A DNA stretch of 64,000 nt, taken from the NCBI GenBank assembly GCA_012295275.1, contig CM022667.1, positions 12,648,001 to 12,712,000 of the forward strand. Direction: 5' to 3'. The notes beneath the pieces are model-generated. The model was not told where the DNA came from. It did no database searches and saw only the letters and a list, made by a program, of their open reading frames with translations. Within the stretch, counting starts at the first letter, position 1. Each line of letters opens with the position of its first letter. Origin of the DNA: Chrysomallon squamiferum. Lineage: Eukaryota; Animalia; Mollusca. This document shows, piece by piece, positions 11,427-24,860 of the stretch. The position numbers were made by a program, and so were the translations under genes.

Positions 11427-14400
11427 GTATTTATACAGACAAGGCTGAATTATTCAATGAATATATATTAGTTGAAAAACAAATTCAGTTAATTTCTTTC
11501 CATTACTGTTATGTGTATAACAATTACGGAAGTTAATAAATACCTTTCCATTTTAATTGTTTTTATTTTTAGTAATTGAATAAGTGAATATTAATAATGC
11601 GAATTTGATATAATTCACAAAACTGTCTTGATATTTAATTTTTAAATTTAGTTAATGTTAGTGTAAATATTATGGCATAAAATTGAATTGTTTTTTGGTT
11701 GTTATTTTTTAATATATATTTTATATTATAAATACTATATTTTTTATATTTGTATGTCACAACAGTAACTGCATTTGGAAGAAAACAATACTTTTTTATT
11801 TATTTATTTATTTTATTTTATTTTTTAATTTTTTTTAAGTAATAATAGAAATTATTTTGTCTACAGCTTCAAGACTCACCTGCTTCTGGTAATGGAAGGA
11901 AACAGTTACCCAACATTCCCTCTGATTCAAAATTAAATTATCCACAACATAAATTACCTTCTAATCTTGGTGCTAATGGTTATGGAACATATTTCCAGGA
12001 ATATTCTTTGATGGCAGAATAGTAAGTTATCATCAGTGGCCATTTCATGGTAACCTTGACATCTTTTTGTTGAATTAAATATTAAGAAAATGCATAAGAA
12101 ATGTAAAATATACACAAAGAAACTAAAGAATTAAGAATAAACTAATTAGAAATATCACTAACACAGTGTTGTCAAATTGTTGAGATTATGATATATTTTG
12201 AGGTCTAATTGAATTTCTCAAAAATTCTTAATTTTCAAAATAATTCACTTTTCAGAAAAATGGTTAACGGAATCAAGTTATAATTACATTTTCTTTTAAA
12301 AGTTTCATTCATGTATATATGAAATATAAAATTATTTCTTCTGAAAATAAAACTAAATTTATTAAATTCTTTTATTTTATTTTATTTTGTTTCAACCAAA
12401 AATTTCTTTTTGTTTTCCAGTAATCAGCTACATCGACAAAAGATGCCAGGTGTTTATGTTATTCCATCTGCACACTGTTCTCACAGTAAGTTTTTATCTA
12501 AATTATTTCCTTACTGACTGGAAAAGCAATAAAAAAAACATCATTATATTATAAAGATTAATTAAAGATTACTATATTACATGTTATTAGTTTTAAAAAA
12601 TTGTATATAATATTATCCATCAAATATTATCTTCTTTGATATATCTTAGATCACAGATATACTTTTCAGATTATACTGTATTGATGTTTTATACATGTGT
12701 GTGTTTGTGTGTGTCTGTGTGAATGTATGCATGCATGTATGTGTATGTGTATGTGTCTGTGTCTGTGTGTGTGTGGGGGGGTGAGGTCTGTGTGTGTTTA
12801 TATATTTTTGATTTATGTGTTTTATGTTTCAGTTTAAAATACCTTTTGCACTTCATTTAAAAATAAATATATATATAGATATATATATATATATATATAC
12901 TGGATTGTTTTGGTAATTATATTTAATTTTTTTGTCTTTTTCAGTTTGGAATGGAGTTTTATTTATCAGACAGGGAATGTATCAAGAGGGTATTTTTCGA
13001 TTTACCCTGACAATTCCAGAGAATTACCCTGACAGCGAATGTCCAGTATGTCTTCTTCTCAGACATTTTTATTTTTATTATTATTATTATTACTAGTTTT
13101 TTTTAAGATCCACCAATTAATAAATAATAGTTACAGCTATAACATATAACTTAATAATTAGGAATAAGCAATTGAAAATTTTGTTTTGAATTTATTTAAG
13201 ACATATTTTTATTACATTTGAAACACACTCCGAGTTTTTCAAACTTTTGAATGTAATATTTCTAATAAATATCATATATAATTTCAGACACTAGTGTTTG
13301 AATTTCCTGTATTTCATCCTGTTGTGCACCCTGTTACAGGAGAAGTTGATGTGAAAAGAGCTTTTCCAAGATGGAGGTAATTCAAATCTCCTGAATTACT
13401 AAACACATCATTTTATTTTTCTTTATATTTTTTAGCAACAGTAATATTTATTATATCTCTCAAGGTTCGAAATTAACTGAATTATTTCCGATGACTTGTG
13501 TATCAAAAGTTGTGGTTCATGTTTTTCACCATAATGTTACAATATTCTCATTGTCAGTGAATCTGTCTTTGAACAAAAATTATGTGCTGCCAGCTTCTTT
13601 CATTTTCTACATTATCCACCAATACCATTTAATGATATTAATGAAAATAAAACCATAAATAATTGTTAATATGTTGACTCAAAAGGATTCTCATCAGTTG
13701 TTCATATTATACGAAGACTGAGTAAAATTTGGCAATAGCATCAGTAATAATGGATGCCAGTGTTGTAGTTAAGTTTTTTGATTGAGACTAAACTGTTTCT
13801 TTTTTTCTGAATGTTAAAGGACGGTTAAATCATATTATTGTTAGAAAAGTCTCTGAATAAGTTAAAAGGTTAAAGTTGTGTCATCAAATTGACTTGGGTC
13901 TATTAATAATCAACTCAGACATTTTTCCTAAAGAAAATGCAAACATATCTGACAGTTGTTCATTTATAGACTGATATAATTAAGTTACTGTATACTGTTT
14001 TAAATTACATATCATTTTGTGTTGGACAAAAAGACAGCTAATAATAAAGTTTGTGTCTGCCCTTAAATATTTCCAGTCTTCTTGTTAAGAATCCCTTTTT
14101 CTTTCTTTTTTCTTTCCTTCTTTCTTTATTATTATTTTTTTCTTTCTTTTTATATTTATTTTCTAAGCCAAATCTGATAAAAAATCAAATTACCATAATT
14201 ATGTTACTCTTTTCTAGGAGAAACAACAATCATCTGTGGCAGGTTTTGTTGTATGCCAGAAGAATTTTTTATAAAATTGAAACAAAAGATCCTCTCAATG
14301 AAGAAGCAGCAGATCTGTAAGTTGTTAATTTTAATACTTTATTTTGTTGTGAAAATCTCCAAATATTTTAACTGGTGACAACAATATTCTGTATGTGTGG

Positions 14401-14450
14401 AAAAAGCATTCCTTTCTAGACAGGGTTATGTAGACTTTCCATTTTTATAA

Positions 14451-14520
<70 letters not shown>

Positions 14521-17500
14521 CCCACAACTGATTATAACATTTTTAAAAGGTTATATTCATTTGAAATTTTAATAAATATTTCTCAAAATAATATTTATTT
14601 AATCATATTATGCCACATTTTAAATGGAATGTTATTTTATTTATTTTCCTTGATAACTAACATATATTTTTTAGCAAAGCTACATACAACACTATTTTAA
14701 TTTAAACTGCAACAAATTTTCTCTTTCTCATTGTCATTCATTCCATCTACTTACCTCTTCCTTTATTCTGTATTGCTTGACAATACTATCTTTCTGTTTA
14801 ATTAATTTTTTGATATCTATTCTGGTTTTGGTTGTGAGATTTGCAATTATTATTATTACATTTTTTTTTTAAAGCTATGTCCATGATATAGATTCATATA
14901 AGAAGAAAGTAATAGATTCTGTGAAGGCAGCCAAAAAACGGGCTTTGGAGCCTCCAAAATCTGATGATCCTTTCTCCATCAGGTTTGTCAAAGTTTAAAC
15001 CATTTTCAAAGTTTTATCAGTATTGTGAGATATATTCTAGTCCATATTATAATCAGTTTTAAACAAGAAAAAAAAAAGTTTAAAATATTATACATTTATT
15101 ATCTTTATTATTTTTATTTAAAAAAAAAAGAAAAACAACAACAAAGAAACTACCCAAAATGTATTACGAATAGAATAGACTAGTTAAGAATATCAATATT
15201 AATTCTCTGTTTGTTTAGGTTCACTGAACTGGAACCAGCAGTGTTTGAGCAAGCCAAGCGTGACATGTTGAATTCAAAGGTATATATCAGTCCAGGTAAA
15301 CGTAATGCATCGTTACACAAATGGATTTTTGTTTTCTAATTGTTCTCGGTTTTTCTTAATTTTGTTTGTTGCATGGGTTTGTTGTTATTATTACTTTCTT
15401 CATCTTTGTTTACACAAATATTTTATATTTAATAGATGCTACAACTAAATTTGAATATAAATTTATAGCTAAAAATGTACTTGTGATTTTAGGAACAAAC
15501 AAAAAAATATATATTTCATATAGTTCAGAATTAAAAATTTACTTAGTCTCGACTCCAGAATTTGCTAACAATAAAGTAGTAACTTAAAACAAAAAGCCAT
15601 AATGTATGCATATACACTGTTACTTTTTTTTAGTTCTCTAATGAATTTGTGCATTGTCATATTTTGATTATTAACAAAGGCGTTAGTCTTTGAAATACAA
15701 GTAAGATAACTATTTGTGGTGTCCAAAGTGTATATAGGTTACTTTATCCACAGCACTGCAGGTAAACCAAAATATTTTATTTATTTATTTCTTATCTCTC
15801 TTAATTCTTTGTTAGTATCTTACAATATTTTGTCCCAAATTATTTCACTGTCATCATGTTTGTTATTGTTTTTTTATTTTATTTTTATTATTATTTTTTT
15901 TTTTTTAATGAGAAATTGTAAATAGTGTTTAAAACTTATTAAAAGATTATAAAAAAGGTGAAAGATTATGTAATCGTTGAATAATCAGAGAGGCAGAATT
16001 CCTCTCAAATGCCACAGTTGTAAATGTGTGCATATACTTACCTTTGTATGTGTGTGTGTGTGTGTGTCTGTGAATGTGTATATATTTATTTATTTATTTA
16101 TTTACATATTCGTACTATAACAATTTGACCAGGTACACATGTAGTTAAGAAAAATCTTGATGCTAAAAGTTTATCTGTCATGGTTTTCTTCACAGAAGCA
16201 ACATCAAGTTAAATATTTTTATAAAAACAACACATTGGTGAACAAATTCTTTAATTAGAACATTCTTTATATATTTAAGGAATTTCCTTTTTATTTTTAT
16301 TTTATTTTATAATATCTGTGATTTTCAAAAAAATCATATTAAATGCTTTTAATAAATCTGAGTTAAATTGCACATTTTCAAACTGTTTTTTTTTTGGGGG
16401 GGGTTCTTTATAACTTAAGTATTAAAAAAAATAATTATAATAATAAAAAAAAGAATAGAACAAATTTATTTACTAAGTTTTTAATGTGAATGCTTTTCTG
16501 ACTTTTATTTGTACCCACAGGCTTTAGAAACAAATAAACAAAGAAAGTCTGTTTTTGACAAATCTACACAAGTAAGACAAAATTTCTTGGGTTAACCTTC
16601 CCATCCCTTTTTACAAATTTATTTTCTTATTTACTCACGTTGTTACTTTTAATTTTTTATTTATTTATTATTTTATTCGTAATATATATTCATATGGCAA
16701 AGTAATTTTAAATTTTTTTTTAATAATCATTTTGTTTTCCATTGCTTTCAAAACAGTAGAGAAATTAGATTTCATTTATTTATTATTTCTTGGTTGAGGC
16801 TTTTTAAATTTTATATTTTAAATAAATTGTTAATTCATTTTATTTTTACCCTTTTAGAGAACATTTTCTCTAGCTGTATATTTAAGAAAGCTTTCTTTCA
16901 TGCTGTTTAAAAGCACATTTAATTGTTAAAGATTTTATATATTGTATAGCAAGTAGGGTATTAAGGAATAAATCTTATAATTTTCTTAGTTTTAGTCATC
17001 AATAATTCATTTATTTATTTATTTTTTTTATTTTCAGTTTTTCTTCTTCTTCTTCTTCTTCTTCTTCTTATTATTATTATTATTATTATTCAATTTCATA
17101 TTTATTCATTTCGTTCATCTGATTTAAAAAAAAAAAAAAAAAGTCACGATTTAAATTAAATTTTCTCCTCAGACCATTCTTTCTGGTGACATTATTGAAC
17201 AGTTAAAACTAAACGTGAGATGAATTTCTTTCCTTCATCCCATATCCCCTGATCATCAGTTTAGATATATATATATGTGTGTCTTTTCCTTTCACCAGTG
17301 AATTTATAGCACCCAGATTTTCATCAGTAAATCAGAATTACAGAGAGCATTAATAGACAGTCTTTTTTTCATCATTAATAGATTTATTAATATTATCATT
17401 AATGTTGTTTAAGGTACTTTATTATCATTAATTATTAATTGTTTATTATTATTGTTGTTGTTGTTGTAGTACTTGTTGTTGCTGCTGTTGTTGTTGTTGT

Positions 17501-18789
17501 TGTTGTTATTATTGCTACAATTTTATTCCCATTATTTATATAATTTAAAAAAATAATATAATTTTGTTTTTATAATTAAGAAATAAATAAATGTTAGTAA
17601 ACGAGCTGAAATTTTATAAACATTTTTCAGACATTATGTTTTTACTCTCACAGTCACTCCCAGTTGTTTGTGTTTTCTTTCTGTGTCACTGCAGTATGCA
17701 CACACGCTTTCATTCATCTCCTTTCAAACCAAAAAGAATTATTATTATTATTAGTTTTAGTTTTTTTTATAAATCTGTGATATTATGCATAAAATACTAA
17801 ATTAATTTTTTTCTTCCTTGTAATTGTGTCTGCCTCTCTGTGTGTCCATTTGTCTATATCTATGCATGCATATATACATAGATAGATAGATTGATTTAAT
17901 AATAATTTTATTTTTTATTTTTTAATATTGTAAATAGGAATTAGTGTGTTTCATAATTAATTATTTTAAAAAAGTATGTTATATGAAGGAATTTTTGTTT
18001 AAGATAATTCATTTGTATTATATTTTATTGTTTAATGTTACAAGGGGGTGCTTGGTTTATTATATATGATACTCTGTTTGAAAAAGTTTTAGCTTAAACA
18101 GCAATCAGTTTTACCATAGCACAAACTTTTCTGCATCCCAGAAAAGATTTATCAAAGTTTATGTGTACATTTTGGTGTTTAGCAAACTACAGATGAAAGA
18201 TTTGTTATTGTAATCAGTGAAGAAAATCTTGTGAAGTGACATCATCAAGTTTCCATACTTAACATTATACAGAAAATACCTACTAATAGGTGTTAGTGTA
18301 GTTTATTAAATATTTACTTATTTATTCTGCAGTAGTCAAAGTAAGCTGAAATCTGTACATTTTAAAAATATTTATATGATTATGCAAATTTTGCTTAATA
18401 ATGAAAACAACAATAATGAAATTAAAATATATACAAAACTAACAGTAACCTGTTAATATAAAATTAAATTAAATTCTAAATTTGCAGTTTATTATTTTTG
18501 TAATTAAGTGATAACATTTTGCAGGTTTTTCAAGTGAGCTTTATAGAGAAAATGTTAAGTTTTATAAGCTCGAGATCTTAACATTTAAATAAGTGTGGTA
18601 AGAAATAACAATGCACACAATCTGAGTATGTCACATTCACCATTTTTTTAAATATCTTTTTTCCTTTTTTTTCCCTTTCAGAAAACTCCAGCTGAAGATC
18701 ACAGATCAAACCCTGCGACGTTGGGACTGTCATGGATGTTGCCAGGATCAGCTGAGATATTTTCTGCTGAAGATGCCAGCTTGTCATAG
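11400..18789 (+). CDS. AKTIP: AKT-interacting protein / FTS (UEV domain, FHF complex); exons 11400-11426, 11867-12021, 12421-12485, 12945-13045, 13288-13376, 14218-14316, 14875-14982, 15219-15279, 18682-18789; 270 aa
   Basis: Motifs [60 protein letters not shown] (E2 fold with Asp at the catalytic Cys position), [16 protein letters not shown] and C-terminal GLSWMLPGS; all junctions GT-AG and in phase. Confidence 0.95.
11867..12021 (+). CDS. AKTIP: AKTIP coding exon 2
   Basis: ctacag|LQDSP...RKQLPNIP...EYSLMAE|gtaagt. Confidence 0.92.
12421..12485 (+). CDS. AKTIP: AKTIP coding exon 3
   Basis: ttccag|[21 protein letters not shown]|gtaagt. Confidence 0.92.
12945..13045 (+). CDS. AKTIP: AKTIP coding exon 4
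   Basis: tttcag|[12 protein letters not shown]...YPDSECP|gtatgt. Confidence 0.93.
13288..13376 (+). CDS. AKTIP: AKTIP coding exon 5
   Basis: tttcag|[29 protein letters not shown]|gtaatt. Confidence 0.93.
14218..14316 (+). CDS. AKTIP: AKTIP coding exon 6
   Basis: ttctag|[32 protein letters not shown]|gtaagt. Confidence 0.93.
14453..14516. repeat. (TC)n microsatellite
   Basis: Perfect dinucleotide run. Confidence 0.95.
14875..14982 (+). CDS. AKTIP: AKTIP coding exon 7
   Basis: ttaaag|[12 protein letters not shown]...[10 protein letters not shown]|gtttgt. Confidence 0.9.
15219..15279 (+). CDS. AKTIP: AKTIP coding exon 8
   Basis: gtttag|[20 protein letters not shown]|gtatat; second donor 16 nt downstream. 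Confidence 0.85.
16521..16571 (+). CDS. AKTIP: Candidate AKTIP cassette exon A ([17 protein letters not shown])
   Basis: ctgac...acccacag| 51 nt open, phase 0-0 |gtaaga. Confidence 0.5.
17173..17214 (+). CDS. AKTIP: Candidate AKTIP cassette exon B ([14 protein letters not shown])
   Basis: ttttctcctcag| 42 nt open, phase 0-0 |gtgaga. Confidence 0.45.
18682..18789 (+). CDS. AKTIP: AKTIP last coding exon
   Basis: Strong polypyrimidine acceptor; [38 protein letters not shown]. Confidence 0.92.
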   Translation, partial: KTPAEDHRSNPATLGLSWMLPGSAEIFSAEDASLS

Positions 18790-19229
18790 CATTTGAATGA
18801 TTGAAAAAATGGTTATAAAAAGCAAAGCTTTTGATATATTTTGACATACATGGACTTAAACAGTCACACACACTCATTTATTTATTGACACAAAAACACA
18901 TGAATGTACACATTGAAATACACTAGGACAAATAAACAAAATTCTCACACACACACACAGCCACTTGCATGGTCAAATCCCATTGTATTGATATCATAGG
19001 GACCACAGAAAAATATCCAATTAACCAAATGTGAACTCAAACAATATTTTGTACTTGGTACAAACAAAATTATGTCCTTTGAAAAGAAAATATATACAGT
19101 TTTAATATGGTTTAACAATGATAAATAAATTAACTGATTAATCTGTAAAACACACACACAAACAGAGTCAGACCCTATTTTATCAAACTTGCTTTTAATT
19201 GATATTCTAAGTGTGAATGTGTGTTTTTT

Positions 19230-19262
<33 letters not shown>

Positions 19263-21791
19263 ACACAAACACACATTCACATATACAGTACAAAGATACA
19301 TACAGTGAACATACACACATACTAATAAGCTATAAAAATATACTCGATACATAATATTTTAATAGCATTTTCCCGAATTACCCAAACACCTGTTCAAACT
19401 GGAAAACTGCCAAAACCAGGTGTTGCATTGGTCCATGCAGCATGTTTGAGTTACTTCTAACTCCCGGCTTACAATAATTCAATCTATGCACAAAACTGTG
19501 TTAATATTTTACTCTGCCTACACAGAAGTCCATGTGAATAATGTCTGTCTGATGCAATCTATAACCAGTTGAATTCTTTTTTTAGAAAACATATTTATAT
19601 ATTCTTCATGTTTCATGTACCATAATTGTTTTATCAGGTGAAGGGATTTTTTTTTTTTTTTTTAAATTGATAAACCAAATGTAACCTGTGTGGGTATTTA
19701 TTTCTTGATCTTCAGTATTGTTGGGTCATTGAAAAATATTGAACTTTAATTTAATTTTAATTTTTGTTTGTATAGTGTGCATTATTTTTATGCATGAAGT
19801 TGTATCTGGATGTTTATTTAGGTGTGTGTGGATCTGAGTGCATGTGTATGTATGTTGTGTGTGTGTGTGTGTGTGAGTGTGTGTGTGTGTGTGAATGAAA
19901 TATTTTTCAAATTAGTGCTTTTTACAACAAAAAAAACTCTCACTTTCTTGGTTGTTCTTATTTCATGTTGTGAGTTTATCCCATACTTTTCTGAACTTTT
20001 ATTTATTAATGTTGTATTTTCTAAAATGTTTTAAAGAAAACTCATTTATGAATGATTATTATGCGTATAATCTCTGTTGAGAAGTTGAAATCAGCCAATA
20101 AAGAAACATCTACTTACTTTTGCTTTTATTTATTTATTATTATATTTTTATTTAATTTATTTATTATTATTACAGTATTGTTTATTAACTATTTTTACTA
20201 TTTTTATTAGTTGGTTTATTGTCATGTTAATTATTAATGTCACATTACTCATTTCTATCTTAAACAGAAATGAATATTAAAATGTGTTAAGCATTTATTA
20301 TTTTTTAAATTTATTGTCTTATACAACTAGATCAAAATGAAATTAACTGAAGAAATAAAAATTGACTGTTGTTGGTTTATGACCTTAATTCTGTACTAAC
20401 ATCAAAGTTATGGAAATTTTACTCGGATGATGTTAATACATGCAGAAATTGACTAAATCAACGAAAATAACAAGTCTAATGTAGTAACCTTTACTATCAT
20501 TGAAATATTTCTATAGCATTAGTGGCAGCTTAAAGCATAATTTTGACAGAACTGTACAGTATAATGTGCCCAGTAAAGATTTCAAAATATAAACATACAG
20601 TGACATTAATTTGAATGTCTAATCCATCTGGGAAAACGGAAGACTTGGTAACTGTTTAGTGATAATCCTGTGACAAAATGGAAGAGGATACTTACCTGGG
20701 AAATATTTGTATATTTTATAAATCTGACACAGTAAGTCAAGCAAAAACCAAAGTTCAAAAACCATATTTTAACAATTAACCTTTATTTTTCAAAATATTT
20801 GTATTCAAGTAAAAAAAAAAAAATGTACATTTTTCAGCGGACATTTAAAAATCATACAAACACCAGGCTACACTATAAATAATAAATAAATAAATAAATA
20901 AATAAATAAATGAAAATAATTTAAAAATAATAATAATAAATAAACTTCTGAGCTTGTTACACAAAAAAAACAAAAACATTTTGCATCAGAGGTATTGTTT
21001 TAAATAACTGAGATCACATTTATAACTGTTTCTACGGTGATATGAATAAATGATCTAACAAATTCTTTACAATTTGAAAGTTGCCATTTCAGGGAATATA
21101 TAATTCCTCACAATAATGAAATAATACTGTCAGAGAAGATTCGAATTTACATGGAGGACAAGTTGTTTCTTTTCTTTCATTTTCTGCTTTTCTGTTTTTT
21201 ATTCATTCCATGCTCACTGTACCAGAAAAAAACTTATGAGTTAATTACTGTATCATATATAACAAACTAAAGAAAAATAACAACTACCGATATTTTTATC
21301 TGTCCTCTGGTATACTTTATTATTAATAAAGATTGGACAGCAGAAAACATAATATGGAAGAATACTGAATCTATTGAGATTATTTCTTCATATCATCAAA
21401 GGAACATTTTAACCCTTTAACCTTACCAGCCATTTCACTGTAATATAAGGAATAACAACTGCTCTGAAATTTCTTAAATCTAATTATGTTCAGATGTAAA
21501 ATAACATGATTCTGAAAAGATAAAAGAACGAGTTATTGATACGATTACATTTTTATACAGTAATTTTTAAACATTACAGTAGTTCATTTTATAAATAATT
21601 TGCATTCTCTAAATAGGCTCAACCTCACTGAAAAGTAGTAACAGCAACAACAACAATAATAACAAGTTTTTAAAGAATGTTTTTATTTATTTATGTAATC
21701 AAATTCATTATTACTGTTTTTTTTAATATTTTTAATTTTATTTATTCATTTATTAATTTTATTTTGTTTTTTTAATTTTTAATTTATTTAT

Positions 21792-21867
<76 letters not shown>

Positions 21868-24423
21868 TTGTTGTTGTTGTTGTTGTTGTTAAAAGATCAA
21901 ATTCCTGTGGTTTATGTGTTTTTCTTTTTGTAACATTTTTTTTTTTTTTTTTTGGCCATGATTATTTTTTCTTAACAGTAAAGTCCATACACCATTTCTA
22001 AAATAAACACATAAAAATAACACAAGAATATCACTATAACAAAAACTATAACAGTAAAAAAAAAAAAGAAGTAATAAATAAAATAATAATAATGATAATA
22101 ATAATAATAAATAAAGATAATAATTTTTAATTTTTATTTTTATGAAGCAACATTTCAGGCACTTTTCTTAATAACTAAAATCAGAAATTTCCTGTAATGG
22201 TCAGTGTTATGTCCAAGTGGACAGTGTGGTACCAAAGTTTCTAAAATATTAAGCATATACATTTTGATTTAAAGTGAAAAGTATTAGAAATATATACAGG
22301 ATGTTCACAACATTTAACATTATATACTACATCAACACATATAAAGCAGGAATGGAGTAATGCATATTAAATAACATTTTGGGTTTGTTTTTATTTTTAT
22401 AATTGTAGATTTTAACTGCACACGGAAACAGATAAATCTATTTTTAAAATGTGGGCCCTGTAATTATGTAATAAGTATGTAAAAAGATTAATAGTAATTT
22501 TATTCATAATAATATTTTCAAAACAATAATAATGATAAAAATAATTACTGCAGTAATAAAATAACATTATAATAATAACAATAATAATATAAAATAATAA
22601 TAACAGCTAAATAAAAAATAATAATAGTAATTACATAATAACAAATATAATAGTAATAAATTACAAATAAATAAATACCTAATTATGAACTTAATAGATT
22701 TTCTTAATAAATTTCAGCCTTTTAAATCTTTTCATACAAATGGCAATCAAAAAACTAAATAGGGAAATATTTATGCACTGGACCAAGAATTTAAAATATA
22801 AATATACAGATATGTGAACTGAATGAAAATGTATATAAAAAACTAAAAACATCAAAATTGCATAGTAATAAAGTGTAGTGTACTCCAAAGAAAATTATAT
22901 ATATTTAAACTTGTTATTCTTTTTTACTTTTTAATGTACATCATCTCATGATAAGAGGTTAAAAATGTCTTTAAGTAAAAACATTTGTAATAACTATCAC
23001 TATATAGGAAAACTAATATAACTGCAGAAACTCTACTCAAAAATTAAATTAGACATTTTAAAATATTAATCATATATAACGATAATAATAATAATAATTA
23101 TTATTATTATTATTTTTTATAATAATAATAAATATAATAATAATAATAATAGTAAAAATGATCTAAAATAATAATAATAATAAAGATAATAATAATAATA
23201 ATAATAATAATAATTTTGATGAAAATAAAGAGAGAAAAAAAAAAAGAACATGAAAAACAAAAAGACTAACATATGTTTAGCTTTCAATCTTTCATCAATT
23301 AAATTTATTAACACTATAACACCTTTTTAATTATATACATACACTCATTTATTTATTTTGTTATCATTTATAATGACTACAATTTTAATTAGAAAACCCC
23401 TATTATAATTAAGACAACAAATTTAAAACAAAAGACAGAAACAATAGAATATACAACAGACCTGTATACATTTTAAAATGACATTAAGGTAAATATTAAT
23501 GATAAAGTAATCTGTTGTCTAATAATGGGCACACATTAAATTACACAAATTTTCATGATTTTCAAAATTAATTTCTCTCACATAATAAGAAAATACAGAG
23601 AATATAACATTTTAAATCTTTACAGTGGGTGTTAAAAAAATAATAATAATAAAAAAATTAGTGAAAAAAAATGGAAATTGAGCAAACACAAAATTTCATA
23701 TAAAGCAGATGTTGAGTTTAAAAAAAACAAAAACAACCTACTTACAAATGGTAGAGGTGTATTCGGCAGAATTTACTCTTAGATGATGATATAAAATGAA
23801 TTATTTCATCAACTTAAGAGTTTGAATTAATATTAGTCATATTTTTAACTAAACTGTGGGGATTAAGGTAGAATGGATTATTTACATTTATTTAATGATT
23901 AGGATTAAACTGAATCATGATAACAAAAAAAAAAAAAAATTGTTTGTATAAAATATAAGGGGAGATCTACACGTGTATGCAATGGAAAATAAAACAAGGC
24001 TAATCAAAAATTTCATGGGATTATTATTATTATTATTATTACATATATATATTTATTTTTTATTTTATTTTTTTATTCGTTTTAAATTTTTTTTCTTGTT
24101 TTGTTTTGTTTGTTAGTATTTTAAAAATTATTTATATTTTAATAGTATTTACATTTTCTTCTTTTTTTGTATTAAACATTTTCTAAACTTTTTTTTTTTT
24201 TCAATACATTTTTGGTTCAAATTTTTTTATTATTTTTTTTTAACTCTTATTTTAATTTTTTTTATAATTTTACTTCTCAGTAATTTCTTCAAAATACCCT
24301 TTAATTATTTTTTGTTCATTTCTTTTTATTATTTTTATTAAATTTATTACACTTGTCATTATTGTACCTTTTATTTTAACCCTCCACATTTCTACTAATG
24401 AATATTAAAGTTTATACTGAATG

Positions 24424-24860
24424 TCACATAAAGTCTACATGCAAATGCCATACAAGTCTACATTCATATGCCATACAAGTCTACATTCGTATGCCATACA
24501 AGTCTACATTCAGTGCCATACAAGTCTACATTCAGTGCCATACAAGTCTATATTCGCATGCCATACAAGTCTATATTCATATGCCATGCTGACTGTACTG
24601 AATGCCTCACAAGTCTACTGTCAAGTGCCACACAAACAACATTCAAATGCCACACATACAGCATTTAAAGACCACACCAAGACTACAATGAATGCCACAT
24701 TTAAATGCAGCAGAGTCCACATTTAAATTCTGCACAAAGTCTGCATGCAAATCTCACTGTACTGTAAGCCACAAAAAAGTCTACATTTGAATATCAAAGT
24801 CTACACTGTATCACACGAAGGTGTATAATCTCTGTCACATAGTCTACAGTCTGCCACACA
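24424..24860. repeat. 22-23 bp minisatellite (tgccatacaagtctacattca..)
   Basis: Six near-identical contiguous copies 24446-24581, decaying on both sides; explains ORFs 24398-24726. Confidence 0.9.

Noticed and set aside
20688-20850. U1 snRNA gene
   Set aside because: Only the first 12 nt match; the following sequence lacks the U1 stem-loops and Sm site.
24398-24726. Repetitive ORFs (CHTSLHS/MPYKST) or a CRISPR-like array
   Set aside because: Contiguous 22-23 bp minisatellite units without unique spacers; unit length is not a multiple of three; eukaryotic context.
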